Source of the DNA: Eledone cirrhosa
Taxonomy: Eukaryota
Assembly (NCBI GenBank): GCA_964016885.1
Contig: OZ024743.1
Span: 139,872,001 to 139,936,000 of the forward strand
Length of the DNA: 64,000 bases
Direction: 5' to 3'
Shown: positions 14,001-28,430 of the stretch, one piece after another
Numbering within the stretch: the stretch's first letter is position 1
Layout: each line of letters begins with the position of its first letter
Made by a program: the position numbers and the translations under genes
The notes under the pieces: model-generated
Database searches by the model: none
Told to the model about the DNA's origin: nothing
Seen by the model: only the letters and a program-made list of their open reading frames with translations

Positions 14001-16519
14001 AAGCACCAAGCACCAAACACCAAACAACAAGCACCAGGTACCAAGCACCAAACACCAAGCACCAAACACCAAACCCCAAGCACCAATCACCAAACACTAA
14101 TCACCAAGCACCAAGCACCAAACACCGAGCACCAAGCAGCAAGCACCAAACACCAAGCACCAAGCACCAAGCACCAAGCACCAAGCACCAAACACCAAGC
14201 ACCAAGCACCAAACACCAAACCCCAAGCACCAAAGACCAAGCACCAAGCACCAAGGACCAAACACCAAGCACCAAGCACCAAGCACCAAACACCAAGCAC
14301 CAAGCACCAAACACCCAGCACCAAGCACCAAGCACCAAACACCAAACACCAAGCACGCAGCATCAAACACCAAGCACCAAGCACCAAGCACCAAACACCA
14401 AGCACCAAGCACCAAGCACCAAGTACCAAACACCAACCACCAAGCACCAAACACCAAACACCAAGCACCAAGCACCAAGCACGAAACACCAGGCACCAAG
14501 CACCAAGCACCAAACACCACAACACCAAGCACCAAACACCAGCCACCAAGCACCAAGCACCAAACACCAAACACCAAGTACTAAGCACCAAACACCAAAC
14601 AGCAAGCACCAGGCACCAAACAACAAGCACCAAACACCAAACACTAAGCACTAAGCACCAAACAACAAGCACCAGGCACCAAGCAGCAAGCACCAAACAC
14701 CAAGCACCAAGCACCAAGCACCAAGCACCAAACACCAAACACCAAGCACGCAGCACCAAACACCAAGCACCAAGCACCAAGCACCAAACACCAAGCACCA
14801 AGCACCAAGCACCAAACACCAAAAACCAAACACCATGCACCAAGAACCAAACACCAAACACCAAACAGCAAGCACCAAGCACCAAACACCAAGCACCAAT
14901 CACCAAACACTAATCACCGAGCACCAAGCACCAAACACCAAGCACCAAGCAGCAAGCACCAAACACCAAGCACCAAGCACCAAGCACCAAGCACCAAACA
15001 CCAAGCACCAAGCACCAAACACCAAACCCCAAGCACCAAAGTCCAAGCACCAAGCACCAAGGACCAAACACCAAGCACCAAGCACCAAGCACCAAACACC
15101 TAGCACCAAGCACCAAACACCCAGCACCAAGCACCAAGCAACAAACACCAAGCACCAAGCACCAAACACCAAACACCAAACACCAAGCACCAAGCACCAA
15201 ACAGCAAGCACCAAACACCAAGCACCAAACACCAAGCACCAAATACCAAGTCCCACGCACCAAGCACCAAACACCAAACACCAAGCACCAAGCACCAAAT
15301 ACCAAGCACAAAGCACCAAGCCCCTAGCACCAAACACCAAACACCAAGCAAAAAGCACAAAACACCAAGCACCAATCACCAAGCACCAAACACCAAGCAG
15401 CAAGCAGCAAGCACCAAACACGAACGACCAAGCACCAAGCCCCAAATACCAAACACCAAGCACCAAGGACCAAACATCAAACACCAAGCACCAAGCACCA
15501 AACGCCTAACACCAAGCACCAAGCACCAAGCACCAAGCACCAAACACCAAGCACCAAGCACCAATCACCAAACACCAAGAACCAAGCACCAAACACCAAG
15601 CACCAAGCACCAAGCACCAGGCACCAAACACAAAACACCAAGCACCAAGCACCAAGCAGCAAACGCCAAGCATCAAACACCAAAGACCAAACACCAAGCA
15701 CCAAACACCAAGCACCAAGCACCAAACACCAAACACCAAGCACCAAACATTAGATACAAAGCACCAAGCACCAAACACCAAACACCAAGCATCAAGCACC
15801 AAACACCAAACAACAAGCACCAGGCACCAAGCACCAAACACCAAACACCAAGCACCAAGCACCAAACACCAAACACCAAGCATGCAGCATCAAACACCAA
15901 GCACCAAGCACCAAGCACCAAACACCAAGCACCAAGCACCAAACACCAACCACCAAACACAAAGCACCAAGCACCAAACACCAAGTACCAAGCACCAAAC
16001 ACCAAACACCAAGCACCAAACACCAAACCACAAGCACCAAACACCAAACCCCAAGCACCAAGCACCAAACACTAATCACCAAGCACCAAGCACCAAACAA
16101 CAAGCACCAAGCACCAAGCACCAGGCACCAAGCACCAAGCACCAAACACTAATCACCAAGCACCAAGCACCAAGCACCAAACACAAAGCACCAAGCACCA
16201 AGCACCAAACACCAAGCACCAAGCACCAAACACCAAACACCAAGATCCAAAGACCAAGCACCAAGCACCAAGCACCAAGCACCAAACAATAAGCACCAAG
16301 CACCAAACACCAAGCACCAAGCACCAAACACCAACCACCCAGCACCAAGCACCAAGCACCAAACACCAAGCACCAAACACCAAACACCAAGCACCAAGCA
16401 CCAAGCGCCAAGCACCAAACACCAAGCACCAAGCACTAAGCACCAAACACCAAGCCCCAAGCAGCAAGCACCAAACACCAAACACCAAGCACCAAGCACC
16501 AAGCACCAAGCACCAAGCA

Positions 16520-19500
16520 CCAAGCACCTAGCACCAAACACCAAACACCAAGCACCAAGCACCAAACACCAAGCACCAATCACCAAGCACAAAACACCAA
16601 GCAGCAAGCAGCAAGCACCAAACACCAAACACCAATCACCAAGCACCAAACACCAAGCACCAAGGACCAAACATCAAACACCAAGCACCAAGCACCAAAC
16701 ACCTAACACCAAGCACCAAGCACCAAGCACCGAACACCAAGCACCAAACACCAAGCACCAAATACCAAGCACCAAGCACCAAACACCAAGCACCAAACAC
16801 CAAGCACCAAGCACCAAGCACCAAACACCAAGCACCAGGCACCAAGCACCAAACACCAAGCACCATGCACCAAGCACCAATCCCCAAACACTTAACACCA
16901 AGCACCAAGCACCAAACACCAAGCACCAAAAACCAAACACCAAGCACCAACTACTAAACACCAAGCACCAAGCACCAAACACAAGCACCAAGCACCAATC
17001 ACCAAACACCAAGAACCAAGCACCAAACACCAAGCACCAAAGACCAAGCACCAGGCACCAAGCACCAATCACCAAACACAAAACACCAAGCACCAAGCAC
17101 CAAGCAGCAAACACCAAGCATCAAACACCAAACACCAAACACCAAGCACCAAACACCAAGCACCAAGCACCAAACACCAAACACCAAGCACCAAGCACCA
17201 AGCACCAAACACCAAACACCAAGCACCAAACACCAAACACCAAGCATCAAGCACCAAACACCAAACAACAAGCACCAGGTACCAAGCACCAAACACCAAA
17301 CACCAAGCACGCAGCATCAAACACCAAGCACCAAGCACCAAGCACCAAACACCAAGTACCAAGCACCAAGCACCAAGCACCAAACACCAAACACCAAGCA
17401 CCAAACACCAGCCACCAAGCACCAAACACCAGCCACCAAGCACCAAGCACCAAGCACCAAACAACAAGCACCAGGCACCAAGCACCAAACACCAAACACC
17501 AATCACGCATCACCAAGCACCAAGCACCAAGCACCAAACACCAAGCACCAAGCACCAAGCACCAAACACCAAACACCAAACACTAAGCACCAAGAACCAA
17601 ACACCAAACACCAAGCACCAAGCACCAAACACCAAGCACCAAACACCAAACCCCAAGCACCAATCACCAAACACTAATCACCAAGCACCAAGCACCAAAC
17701 ACCGAGCACCAAGCAGCAAGCACCAAACACCAAGCACCAAGCACCAAGCACCAAGCACCAAACACCAAGCACCAAGCACCAAACACCAAACCCCAAGCAC
17801 CAAAGACCAAGCACCAAGCACCAAGGACCAAACACCAAGCACCAAGCACCAAACACCAAGCACCAAGCACCAAACACCAAGCACCAAGCACTAAACACCA
17901 ATCACCAAACACAAAGCACCAAGCACCAAACACCAAGCACCAAGCACCAAACACCAAGCACCAAGCACCAAACACCAAACCACAAGCACCAAACACCAAA
18001 CACCAAACCCCAAGCACCAAGCACCAAACACTAATCACCAAGCACCAAGCACCAAACAACAAGCACCAAGCACCAAGCACGAGGCACCAAGCACCAAGCA
18101 CCAAACACTAATCACCAAGCACCAAGCACCAAGCACCAAACACCAAGCACCAAGCACCAAGCACCAAACACCAAGCACCAAGCACCAAACACCAAACACC
18201 AAGATCCAAAGACCGAGCCCCAAGCACCAAGCACCAAGCACCAAACAATAAGCACCAAGCACCAAACACCAAGCACCAAGCACCAAACACCAACCACCCA
18301 GCACCAAGCACCAAGCACCAAACACCAAGCACCAAACACCAAACACCAAACACCAAGCACCAAGCACGAAGCACCAAACACCAAGCACCAAGCACTAAGC
18401 ACCAAACACCAAGCCCCAAGCACCAAGCACCAAACACCAAACACCAAGCACCAAGCACCAAACACCAAGCACCAAGCACCAAGCACCTAGCACCAAACAC
18501 CAAGCAGCAAGCAGCAAGCACCAAAGACCAAACACCAAGCACCAAGCACCAAACACCAAGCACCAAGGACCAAACATCAAACACCAAGCACCAAGCACCA
18601 AACACCTAACACCAAGCACCAAGCACCAAGCACCAAGCACCGAACATCAAGCACCAAACACCAAGCACCAAACACCAAGCACCAAGCCCCAAACACCAAG
18701 CACCAAACAACAAGCACCAAGCACCAAGCACCAAACACCAAGCACCAGGCACCAAGCACCAAACACCAAGCACCATGCACCAAGCACCAAGCCCCAAACA
18801 CTTAACACCAAGCACCAAGCACCAAACACCAAGCACCAAGCACCAAGCACGAGGCACCAAGCACCAAGCACCAAACACTAATCACCAAGCACCAAGCACC
18901 AAACAACAAGCACCAAGCACCAAGCACGAGGCACCAAGCACCAAGCACCAAACACTAATCACCAAGCACCAAGCACCAAGCACCAAACACCAAGCACCAA
19001 GCACCAAGCACCAAACACCAAGCACCAAGCACCAAACACCAAACACCAAGATCCAAAGACCGAGCCCCAAGCACCAAGCACCAAGCACCAAACAATAAGC
19101 ACCAAGCACCAAACACCAAGCACCAAGCACCAAACACCAACCACCCAGCACCAAGCACCAACCACCAAACACCAAGCACCAAACACCAAACACCAAACAC
19201 CAAGCACCAAGCACCAATCACCAAACACCAAGAACCAAGCACCAAACACCAAGCACCAAGGACCAAGCACCAAGCACCAAGCACCTAGCACCAAACACCA
19301 AACACCAAGCACCAAGCACCAAACACCAAGCACCAATCACCAAGCACAAAACACCAAGCAGCAAGCAGCAAGCACCAAACACCAAACACCAATCACCAAG
19401 CACCAAACACCAAGCACCAAGGACCAAACATCAAACACCAAGCACCAAGCACCAAACACCTAACACCAAGCACCAAGCACCAAGCACCGAACACCAAGCA

Positions 19501-21570
19501 CCAAACACCAAGCACCAAATACCAAGCACCAAGCACCAAACACCAAGCACCAAACACCAAGCACCAAGCACCAAGCACCAAACACCAAGCACCAGGCACC
19601 AAGCACCAAACACCAAGCACCATGCACCAAGCACCAATCCCCAAACACTTAACACCAAGCACCAAGCACCAAACACCAAGCACCAAAAACCAAACACCAA
19701 GCACCAACTACTAAACACCAAGCACCAAGCACCAAACACAAGCACCAAGCACCAATCACCAAACACCAAGAACCAAGCACCAAACACCAAGCACCAAAGA
19801 CCAAGCACCAGGCACCAAGCACCAATCACCAAACACAAAACACCAAGCACCAAGCACCAAGCAGCAAACACCAAGCATCAAACACCAAACACCAAACACC
19901 AAGCACCAAACACCAAGCACCAAGCACCAAACACCAAACACCAAGCACCAAGCACCAAGCACCAAACACCAAACACCAAGCACCAAACACCAAACACCAA
20001 GCATCAAGCACCAAACACCAAACAACAAGCACCAGGTACCAAGCACCAAACACCAAACACCAAGCACGCAGCATCAAACACCAAGCACCAAGCACCAAGC
20101 ACCAAACACCAAGTACCAAGCACCAAGCACCAAGCACCAAACACCAAACACCAAGCACCAAACACCAGCCACCAAGCACCAAGCACCAAGCACCAAACAA
20201 CAAGCACCAGGCACCAAGCACCAAACACCAAACACCAATCACGCATCACCAAGCACCAAGCACCAAGCACCAAGCACCAAACACCAAGCACCAAGCACCA
20301 AGCACCAAACACCAAACACCAAACACTAAGCACCAAGAACCAAACACCAAACACCAAGCACCAAGCACCAAACACCAAGCACCAAACACCAAACCCCAAG
20401 CACCAATCACCAAACACTAATCACCAAGCACCAAGCACCAAACACCGAGCACCAAGCAGCAAGCACCAAACACCAAGCACCAAGCACCAAGCACCAAGCA
20501 CCAAACACCAAGCACCAAGCACCAAACACCAAACCCCAAGCACCAAAGACCAAGCACCAAGCACCAAGGACCAAACACCAAGCACCAAGCACCAAACACC
20601 AAGCACCAAGCACCAAACACCAAGCACCAAGCACTAAACACCAATCACCAAACACAAAGCACCAAGCACCAAACACCAAGCACCAAGCACCAAACACCAA
20701 GCACCAAGCACCAAACACCAAACCACAAGCACCAAACACCAAACACCAAACCCCAAGCACCAAGCACCAAACACTAATCACCAAGCACCAAGCACCAAAC
20801 AACAAGCACCAAGCACCAAGCACGAGGCACCAAGCACCAAGCACCAAACACTAATCACCAAGCACCAAGCACCAAGCACCAAACACCAAGCACCAAGCAC
20901 CAAGCACCAAACACCAAGCACCAAGCACCAAACACCAAACACCAAGATCCAAAGACCGAGCCCCAAGCACCAAGCACCAAGCACCAAACAATAAGCACCA
21001 AGCACCAAACACCAAGCACCAAGCACCAAACACCAACCACCCAGCACCAAGCACCAAGCACCAAACACCAAGCACCAAACACCAAACACCAAACACCAAG
21101 CACCAAGCACGAAGCACCAAACACCAAGCACCAAGCACTAAGCACCAAACACCAAGCCCCAAGCACCAAGCACCAAACACCAAACACCAAGCACCAAGCA
21201 CCAAACACCAAGCACCAAGCACCAAGCACCTAGCACCAAACACCAAGCAGCAAGCAGCAAGCACCAAAGACCAAACACCAAGCACCAAGCACCAAACACC
21301 AAGCACCAAGGACCAAACATCAAACACCAAGCACCAAGCACCAAACACCTAACACCAAGCACCAAGCACCAAGCACCAAGCACCGAACATCAAGCACCAA
21401 ACACCAAGCACCAAACACCAAGCACCAAGCACCAAACACCAAGCACCAAACAACAAGCACCAAGCACCAAGCACCAAACACCAAGCACCAGGCACCAAGC
21501 ACCAAACACCAAGCACCATGCACCAAGCACCAAGCCCCAAACACTTAACACCAAGCACCAAGCACGAAAC
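16520..21570 (+). repeat. Tandem higher-order duplication, period 2743-2757 bp
   Basis: Identical ORFs 16636..16950/19393..19707 (offset 2757), 17664..18104/20407..20847 and 18577..18801/21320..21544 (2743). Both copies share the 6-bp unit CACAAG (16980, 19737). Confidence 0.9.
18010..19170 (+). repeat. About 300-bp segment re-copied at offset 847 bp (121 units), at the junction of the 2.75-kb copies
   Basis: CACTAAT at 18029/18876, CACGAGG, and GATCCAAAGACCGAGCCCC at 18203/19050. Confidence 0.8.
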
Positions 21571-23409
21571 ACCAAGCACCAAAAACCAAACACCAAGCAC
21601 CAACTACTAAACACCAAGCACCAAGCACCAAACACCAAGCACCAAGCACCAATCACCAAACACCAAGAACCAAGCACCAAACACCAAGCACCAAGGACCA
21701 AGCAACAGGCACCAAGCACCAAGCACCAAACACAAAACACCAAGCACCAAGCACCAAGCAGCAAACACCAAGCATCAAACACCAAACACCAAACACCAAG
21801 CACCAAACACCAAGCACCAACCACCAAACACCAAATCCCAAGCACCAAGCACCAAGCACCAAACACCAAACACCAAGCACCAAACTCCAAACACCAAGCA
21901 CCAAGCACCAAACACCAAACAACAAGCACCAGGCACCAAGCACCAAACACCAAACACCAAGCAAACAGCATCAAAGACCAAGCACCAAGCACCAAACACC
22001 AAACACCAAGCACCAAACACCAGCCCCCAAGCACCAATCACCAAACACCAAACACCAAGCACTAAGCACCAAACACCAAACAACAAGCAGCAGGCACCAA
22101 GCACCAAGCACCAAGCACCAAACACCAAGCACCAAGCAGCAAGCACCAAACACCAAGCACCAAGCACCAAGCACCAAGCACCAAGCACCAAACACCAAGC
22201 ACCAAGCACCAAACAGCAAGCACCAAACACCAAGCACCAAACACCAAGCACCAAACACCAAACACATAGCACCAAGCACCAAACACCAAACACCAAGCAC
22301 CAAGAACCAAACACCAAGCACCAAGCACCAAGCCCCTAGCACCAAACACCAAACACCAAGCAAAAAGCACAAAACACCAAGCACCAATCACCAAACACCA
22401 AACACCAAGCAGCAAGCAGCAAGCACCAAACACCAAACACCAAGCACCAAGCACCAAATACCAAACACCAAGCACCAAGGACCAAACATCAAACACCAAG
22501 CACCAAGCACCAAACGCCTAACACCAAGCACCAAGCACCAAGCACCAAGCACCAAACACCAAACCACAAGCACCAAACACCAAACACCAAACCCCAAGCA
22601 CCAAGCACCAAACACTAATCACCAAGCACCAAGCACCAAACAACAAGCACCAAGCACCAAGCACCAACCACCCAGCACCAAGCACCAAACACCAAGCACC
22701 AAACACCAAACACCAAACACCAACCACCAAGCACTAAGCACCAAACACCAAGCACCAAGCACTAAGCACCAAACACCAAGCCCCAAGCACCAAGCACCAA
22801 ATACCAAACACCAAGTACCAAGCACCAAACACCAAGCACCAAGCACCAAGCACCTAGCACCAAACACCAAACACCAAGCACCAAGCACCAAATACCAAGC
22901 ACCAATCACCAAGCACCAAACACCAAGCAGCAAGCAGCAAGCACAAAACACCAAACACCAAGAACCAAGCACCAAGCACCAAGCACCGAACACCAAGCAC
23001 ATTACACAAAGCACCAAACACCAAGCACCAAGTACCAAACACCAAGCACCAAACACCAAGCACCAAGAACCAAGCAGCAAACACCAAGCACCAGGCACCA
23101 AGCACCAAACACCAAGCACCATGCACCAAGCACCAAGCCCCAAACACTTAACACCAAGCACCAAGCACCAAGCACCAAACTCCAATCACCAAAAACCAAA
23201 CACCAAGCACCAAGTACCAAACACCAAGCACCAAGCACCAAACATCAAGCACCAAGCACCAATCACCAAATACCAACAACCAAGCCCCAAACACCAAGCA
23301 CCAAGCACCAAGCACCAGGCACCAAGCACCAAGCACCAAACACAAAACACCAAGCACCAAGCACCAAGCAGCAAACACCAAGCATCAAACACCAAACACC
23401 AAACACCAA

Positions 23410-26400
23410 GCACCAAACACCAAGCACCAAGCACCAAACACCAAACTCCAAGCACCAAGCACCAAGCACCAAACACCAAACACCAAGCACCAAACATCAG
23501 ATACCAAGCACCAAGCACCAAACACCAAACACCAAGCATCAAGCACCAAACACCAAACAACAAGCACCAGGCACCAAGCACCAAACACCAAACACCAAGC
23601 ACCAAGCACCAAACACCAAACACCAAGCATGCAGCATCAAACACCAAGCACCAAGCACCAAGCACCAAACACCAAGCACCAAGCACCAAACACCAACCAC
23701 CAAACACAAAGCACCAAGCACCAAACACCAAGAACCAAGCACCAAACACCAAGCACCAAGCACAAACACCAAACCACAAGCACCAAACACCAAACCCCAA
23801 GCACCAAGCACCAAACACTAATCACCAAGCACCAAGCACCAAACAACAAGCACCAAGCACCAAGCACCAGGCACCAAGCACCAAGCACCAAACACTAATC
23901 ACCAAGCACCAAGCACCAAGCACCAAGCACCAAACACCAAGCAGCAAGCAGCAAGCACCAAACACCAAACACCAAGCACCAAGCACCAAACACCAAGCAC
24001 CAAGGACCAAACATCAAACACCAAGCACCAAGCACCAAACACCTAACACCAAGCACCAAGCACCAAGCACCAAGCACCGAACACCAAGCACATAACACCA
24101 AGCACCAAACACCAAGAAACAAGCACCAAACACGAAGCACCAGGCACCAAGCACCAAACACCAAGCACCATGCACCAAGCACCAAGCCCCAAACACTTAA
24201 CACCAAGCACCAAGCACCAAACACCAATCACCAAAAACCAAACACCAAGCACCAAGTACCAAACACCAAGCACCAAGCACCAAACAACAAGCACCAAGCA
24301 CCAATCACCAAACACCAAGAACCAAGCACCAAACACCAAGCACCAAGCACCAAGCACCAGGCACCAAGCACCAAGCACCAAACACAAAACACCAAGCACC
24401 AAGCACCAAGCAGCAAACACCAAGCATCAAACACCAAACACCAAACACCAAGCACCAAACACCAAGCACCAAGCACCAAACACGAAACACCAAGCACCAA
24501 GCCCCAAGCACCAAACACCAACCACCAAGCACCAAACACCAGATACCAAGCACCAAGCACCAAACACCAAACACCAAGCACCAAGCACCAAACACCAAAC
24601 AACAAGCACCAGGCACCAAGCACCAAACACCAAACACCAAGCACCAAGCACCAAACACCAAACACCAAGCACGCAGCATCAAACACCAAGCACCAAGCAC
24701 CAAGCACCAAACACCAAGCACCAAGCACTAAACACCAATCACCAAACACAAAGCACCAAGCACCAAACACCAAGCACCAAGCACCAAACACCAAGCACCA
24801 AGCACCAAACACCAAACCACAAGCACCAAACACCAAACACCAAACCCCAAGCACCAAGCACCAAACACTAATCACCAAGCACCAAGCACCAAACAACAAG
24901 CACCAAGCACCAAGCACCAGGCACCAAGCATCAAGCACCAAACACTAATCACCAAGCACCAAGCACCAAGCACCAAACACCAAGCACCAAGCACCAAGCA
25001 CCAAACACCAAACACCAAGCACCAAGGACCAAACATCAAACACCAAGCACCAAGCACCAAACACCAAACACCAAGCACCAAACACCAAGCACCAAACACC
25101 AAGCACCAAACACCAAGCACCAAACACCAAACACCAAGCACCAAGCACCAAGCACCAAACACCAAGCACCAAACACCAAGTCCCACGCACCAAGCAGCAA
25201 ACAACAAGCACCAAGCCCCAAGCACCAAACACCAAGCACCAAGCACCAAGCCCCTAGCACCAAACACCAAACACCAAGCACCAAGCACAAAACACCAAGC
25301 ACCAATCACCAAGCACCAAACACCAAGCAGCAAGCAGCAAGCACCAAACACCAAACACCAAGCACCAAGCACCAAATACCAAACACCAAGCACCAATTAC
25401 CAAGCACCAAACACCAAGCACCAAACACCAAGCACCAAGCACCAAGCACCAAACACCAAGCACCAGGCACCAAGCACCAAGCCCCAAACACTTAACACCA
25501 AGCACCAAGCACCAAGCACCAAACACCAATCACCAAAAACCAAACACCAAGCACCAAGTACCAAACACCAAGCACCAAGCACCAAACACCAAGCAGCAAG
25601 CACCAATCACCAAACACCAAGCACCAAGCACCAAACACCAAACACCAAGATCCAAAGACCGAGCACCAAGCACCAAGCACCAAGCACCAAATAATAAGCA
25701 CCAAGCACCAAACACCAAGCACCAAGCACCAAACACCAACCACCCAGCACCAAGCACCAAGCACCAAACACCAAGCACCAAACACCAAACACCAAGCACC
25801 AAGCACCAAGCACGAAGCACCAAACAGCAAGCACCAAGCACTAAGCACCAAACACCAAGCCCCAAGCACCAAGCACCAAACACCAAACACCAAGCACCAA
25901 GCACCAAACACCAAGCACCAAGCACCAAGCACCTAGCACCAAACACCAAGCAGCAAGCAGCAAGCACCAAAGACCAAACACCAAGCACCAAGCACCAAAC
26001 ACCAAGCACCAAGGACCAAACATCAAACACCAAGCACCAAGCACCAAACACCTAACACCAAGCACCAAGCACCAAGCACCAAGCACTGAACACCAAGCAC
26101 CAAACACCAAGCACCAAACACCAAGCACCAAGCACCAAACACCAAGCACCAAACAACAAGCACCAAGCACCAAGCACCAAACACCAAGCACCAGGCACCA
26201 AGCACCAAACACCAAGCACCATGCACCAAGCACCAAGCCCCAAACACTTAACACCAAGCACCAAGCACGAAACACCAAGCACCAAAAACCAAACACCAAG
26301 CACCAACTACTAAACACCAAGCACCAAGCACCAAACACCAAGCACCAAGCACCAATCACCAAACACCAAGAACCAAGCACCAAACACCAAGCACCAAGGA

Positions 26401-28430
26401 CCAAGCAACAGGCACCAAGCACCAAGCACCAAACACAAAACACCAAGCACCAAGCACCAAGCACCAACCACCAAACACCAAACCCCAAGCACCAACACCA
26501 AGCACCAAACACCAAACACCAAGCACCAAACACCAAACACCAAGCACCAAGCACCAAACACCAAACAACAAGCACCAGGCACCAAGCACCAAACACCAAA
26601 CACCAAGCAAACAGCATCAAAGACCAAGCACCAAGCACCAAACACCAAACACCAAGCACCAAACACCAGCCCCCAAGCACCAATCACCAAACACCAAACA
26701 CCAAGCACTAAGCACCAAACACCAAACAACAAGCAGCAGGCACAAAGCACCAAGCACCAAGCACCAAACACCAAGCACCAAGCAGCAAGCACCAAACACC
26801 AAGCACCAAGCACCAAGCACCAAGCACCAAGCACCAAACAGCAAGCACCAAGCACCAAACAGCAAGCACCAAACACCAAGCACCAAACACCAAGCACCAA
26901 GCACCAAACACCAAACTCCAAGCACCAAGCACCAAGCACCAAACACCAAACACCAAGCACCAAACATCAGATACCAAGCACCAAGCACCAAACACCAAAC
27001 ACCAAGCATCAAGCACCAAACACCAAACAACAAGCACCAGGCACCAAGCACCAAACACCAAACACCAAGCACCAAGCACCAAACACCAAACACCAAGCAT
27101 GCAGCATCAAACACCAAGCACCAAGCACCAAGCACCAAACACCAAGCACCAAGCACCAAACACCAACCACCAAACACAAAGCACCAAGCACCAAACACCA
27201 AGAACCAAGCACCAAACACCAAGCACCAAGCACAAACACCAAACCACAAGCACCAAACACCAAACCCCAAGCACCAAGCACCAAACACTAATCACCAAGC
27301 ACCAAGCACCAAACAACAAGCACCAAGCACCAAGCACCAGGCACCAAGCACCAAGCACCAAACACTAATCACCAAGCACCAAGCACCAAGCACCAAGCAC
27401 CAAACACCAAGCAGCAAGCAGCAAGCACCAAACACCAAACACCAAGCACCAAGCACCAAACACCAAGCACCAAGGACCAAACATCAAACACCAAGCACCA
27501 AGCACCAAACACCTAACACCAAGCACCAAGCACCAAGCACCAAGCACCGAACACCAAGCACATAACACCAAGCACCAAACACCAAGAAACAAGCACCAAA
27601 CACGAAGCACCAGGCACCAAGCACCAAACACCAAGCACCATGCACCAAGCACCAAGCCCCAAACACTTAACACCAAGCACCAAGCACCAAACACCAATCA
27701 CCAAAAACCAAACACCAAGCACCAAGTACCAAACACCAAGCACCAAGCACCAAACAACAAGCACCAAGCACCAATCACCAAACACCAAGAACCAAGCACC
27801 AAACACCAAGCACCAAGCACCAAGCACCAGGCACCAAGCACCAAGCACCAAACACAAAACACCAAGCACCAAGCACCAAGCAGCAAACACCAAGCATCAA
27901 ACACCAAACACCAAACACCAAGCACCAAACACCAAGCACCAAGCACCAAACACGAAACACCAAGCACCAAGCACCAAGCACCAAACACCAAACACCAAGC
28001 ACCAAACACCAGATACCAAGCACCAAGCACCAAACACCAAACACCAAGCACCAAGCACCAAACACCAAACAACAAGCACCAGGCACCAAGCACCAAACAC
28101 CAAACACCAAGCACCAAGCACCAAACACCAAACACCAAGCACGCAGCATCATACACCAAGCACCAAGCACCAAGCACCAAACACCAAGCACCAAGCACTA
28201 AACACCAATCACCAAACACAAAGCACCAAGCACCAAACACCAAGCACCAAGCACCAAACACCAAGCACCAAGCACCAAACACCAAACCACAAGCACCAAA
28301 CACCAAACACCAAACCCCAAGCACCAAGCACCAAACACTAATCACCAAGCACCAAGCACCAAACAACAAGCACCAAGCACCAAGCACCAGGCACCAAGCA
28401 CCAAGCACCAAACACTAATCACCAAGCACC
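23410..28430 (+). repeat. Higher-order duplication, offset 3470 bp (about 23410-24960 vs about 26880-28430)
   Basis: ORFs 23539..23814/27009..27284 and 24170..24871/27640..28341. Both copies share the 6-bp unit CACAAA (23761, 27231) and the AAACAAG variant. Confidence 0.9.

Noticed and set aside
14530-14550. Chi-like motif on the minus strand at CACCAGC-CACC variants
   Set aside because: It reads GCTGGTGT, not GCTGGTGG; this is a chance by-product of the TGGTG-rich consensus.
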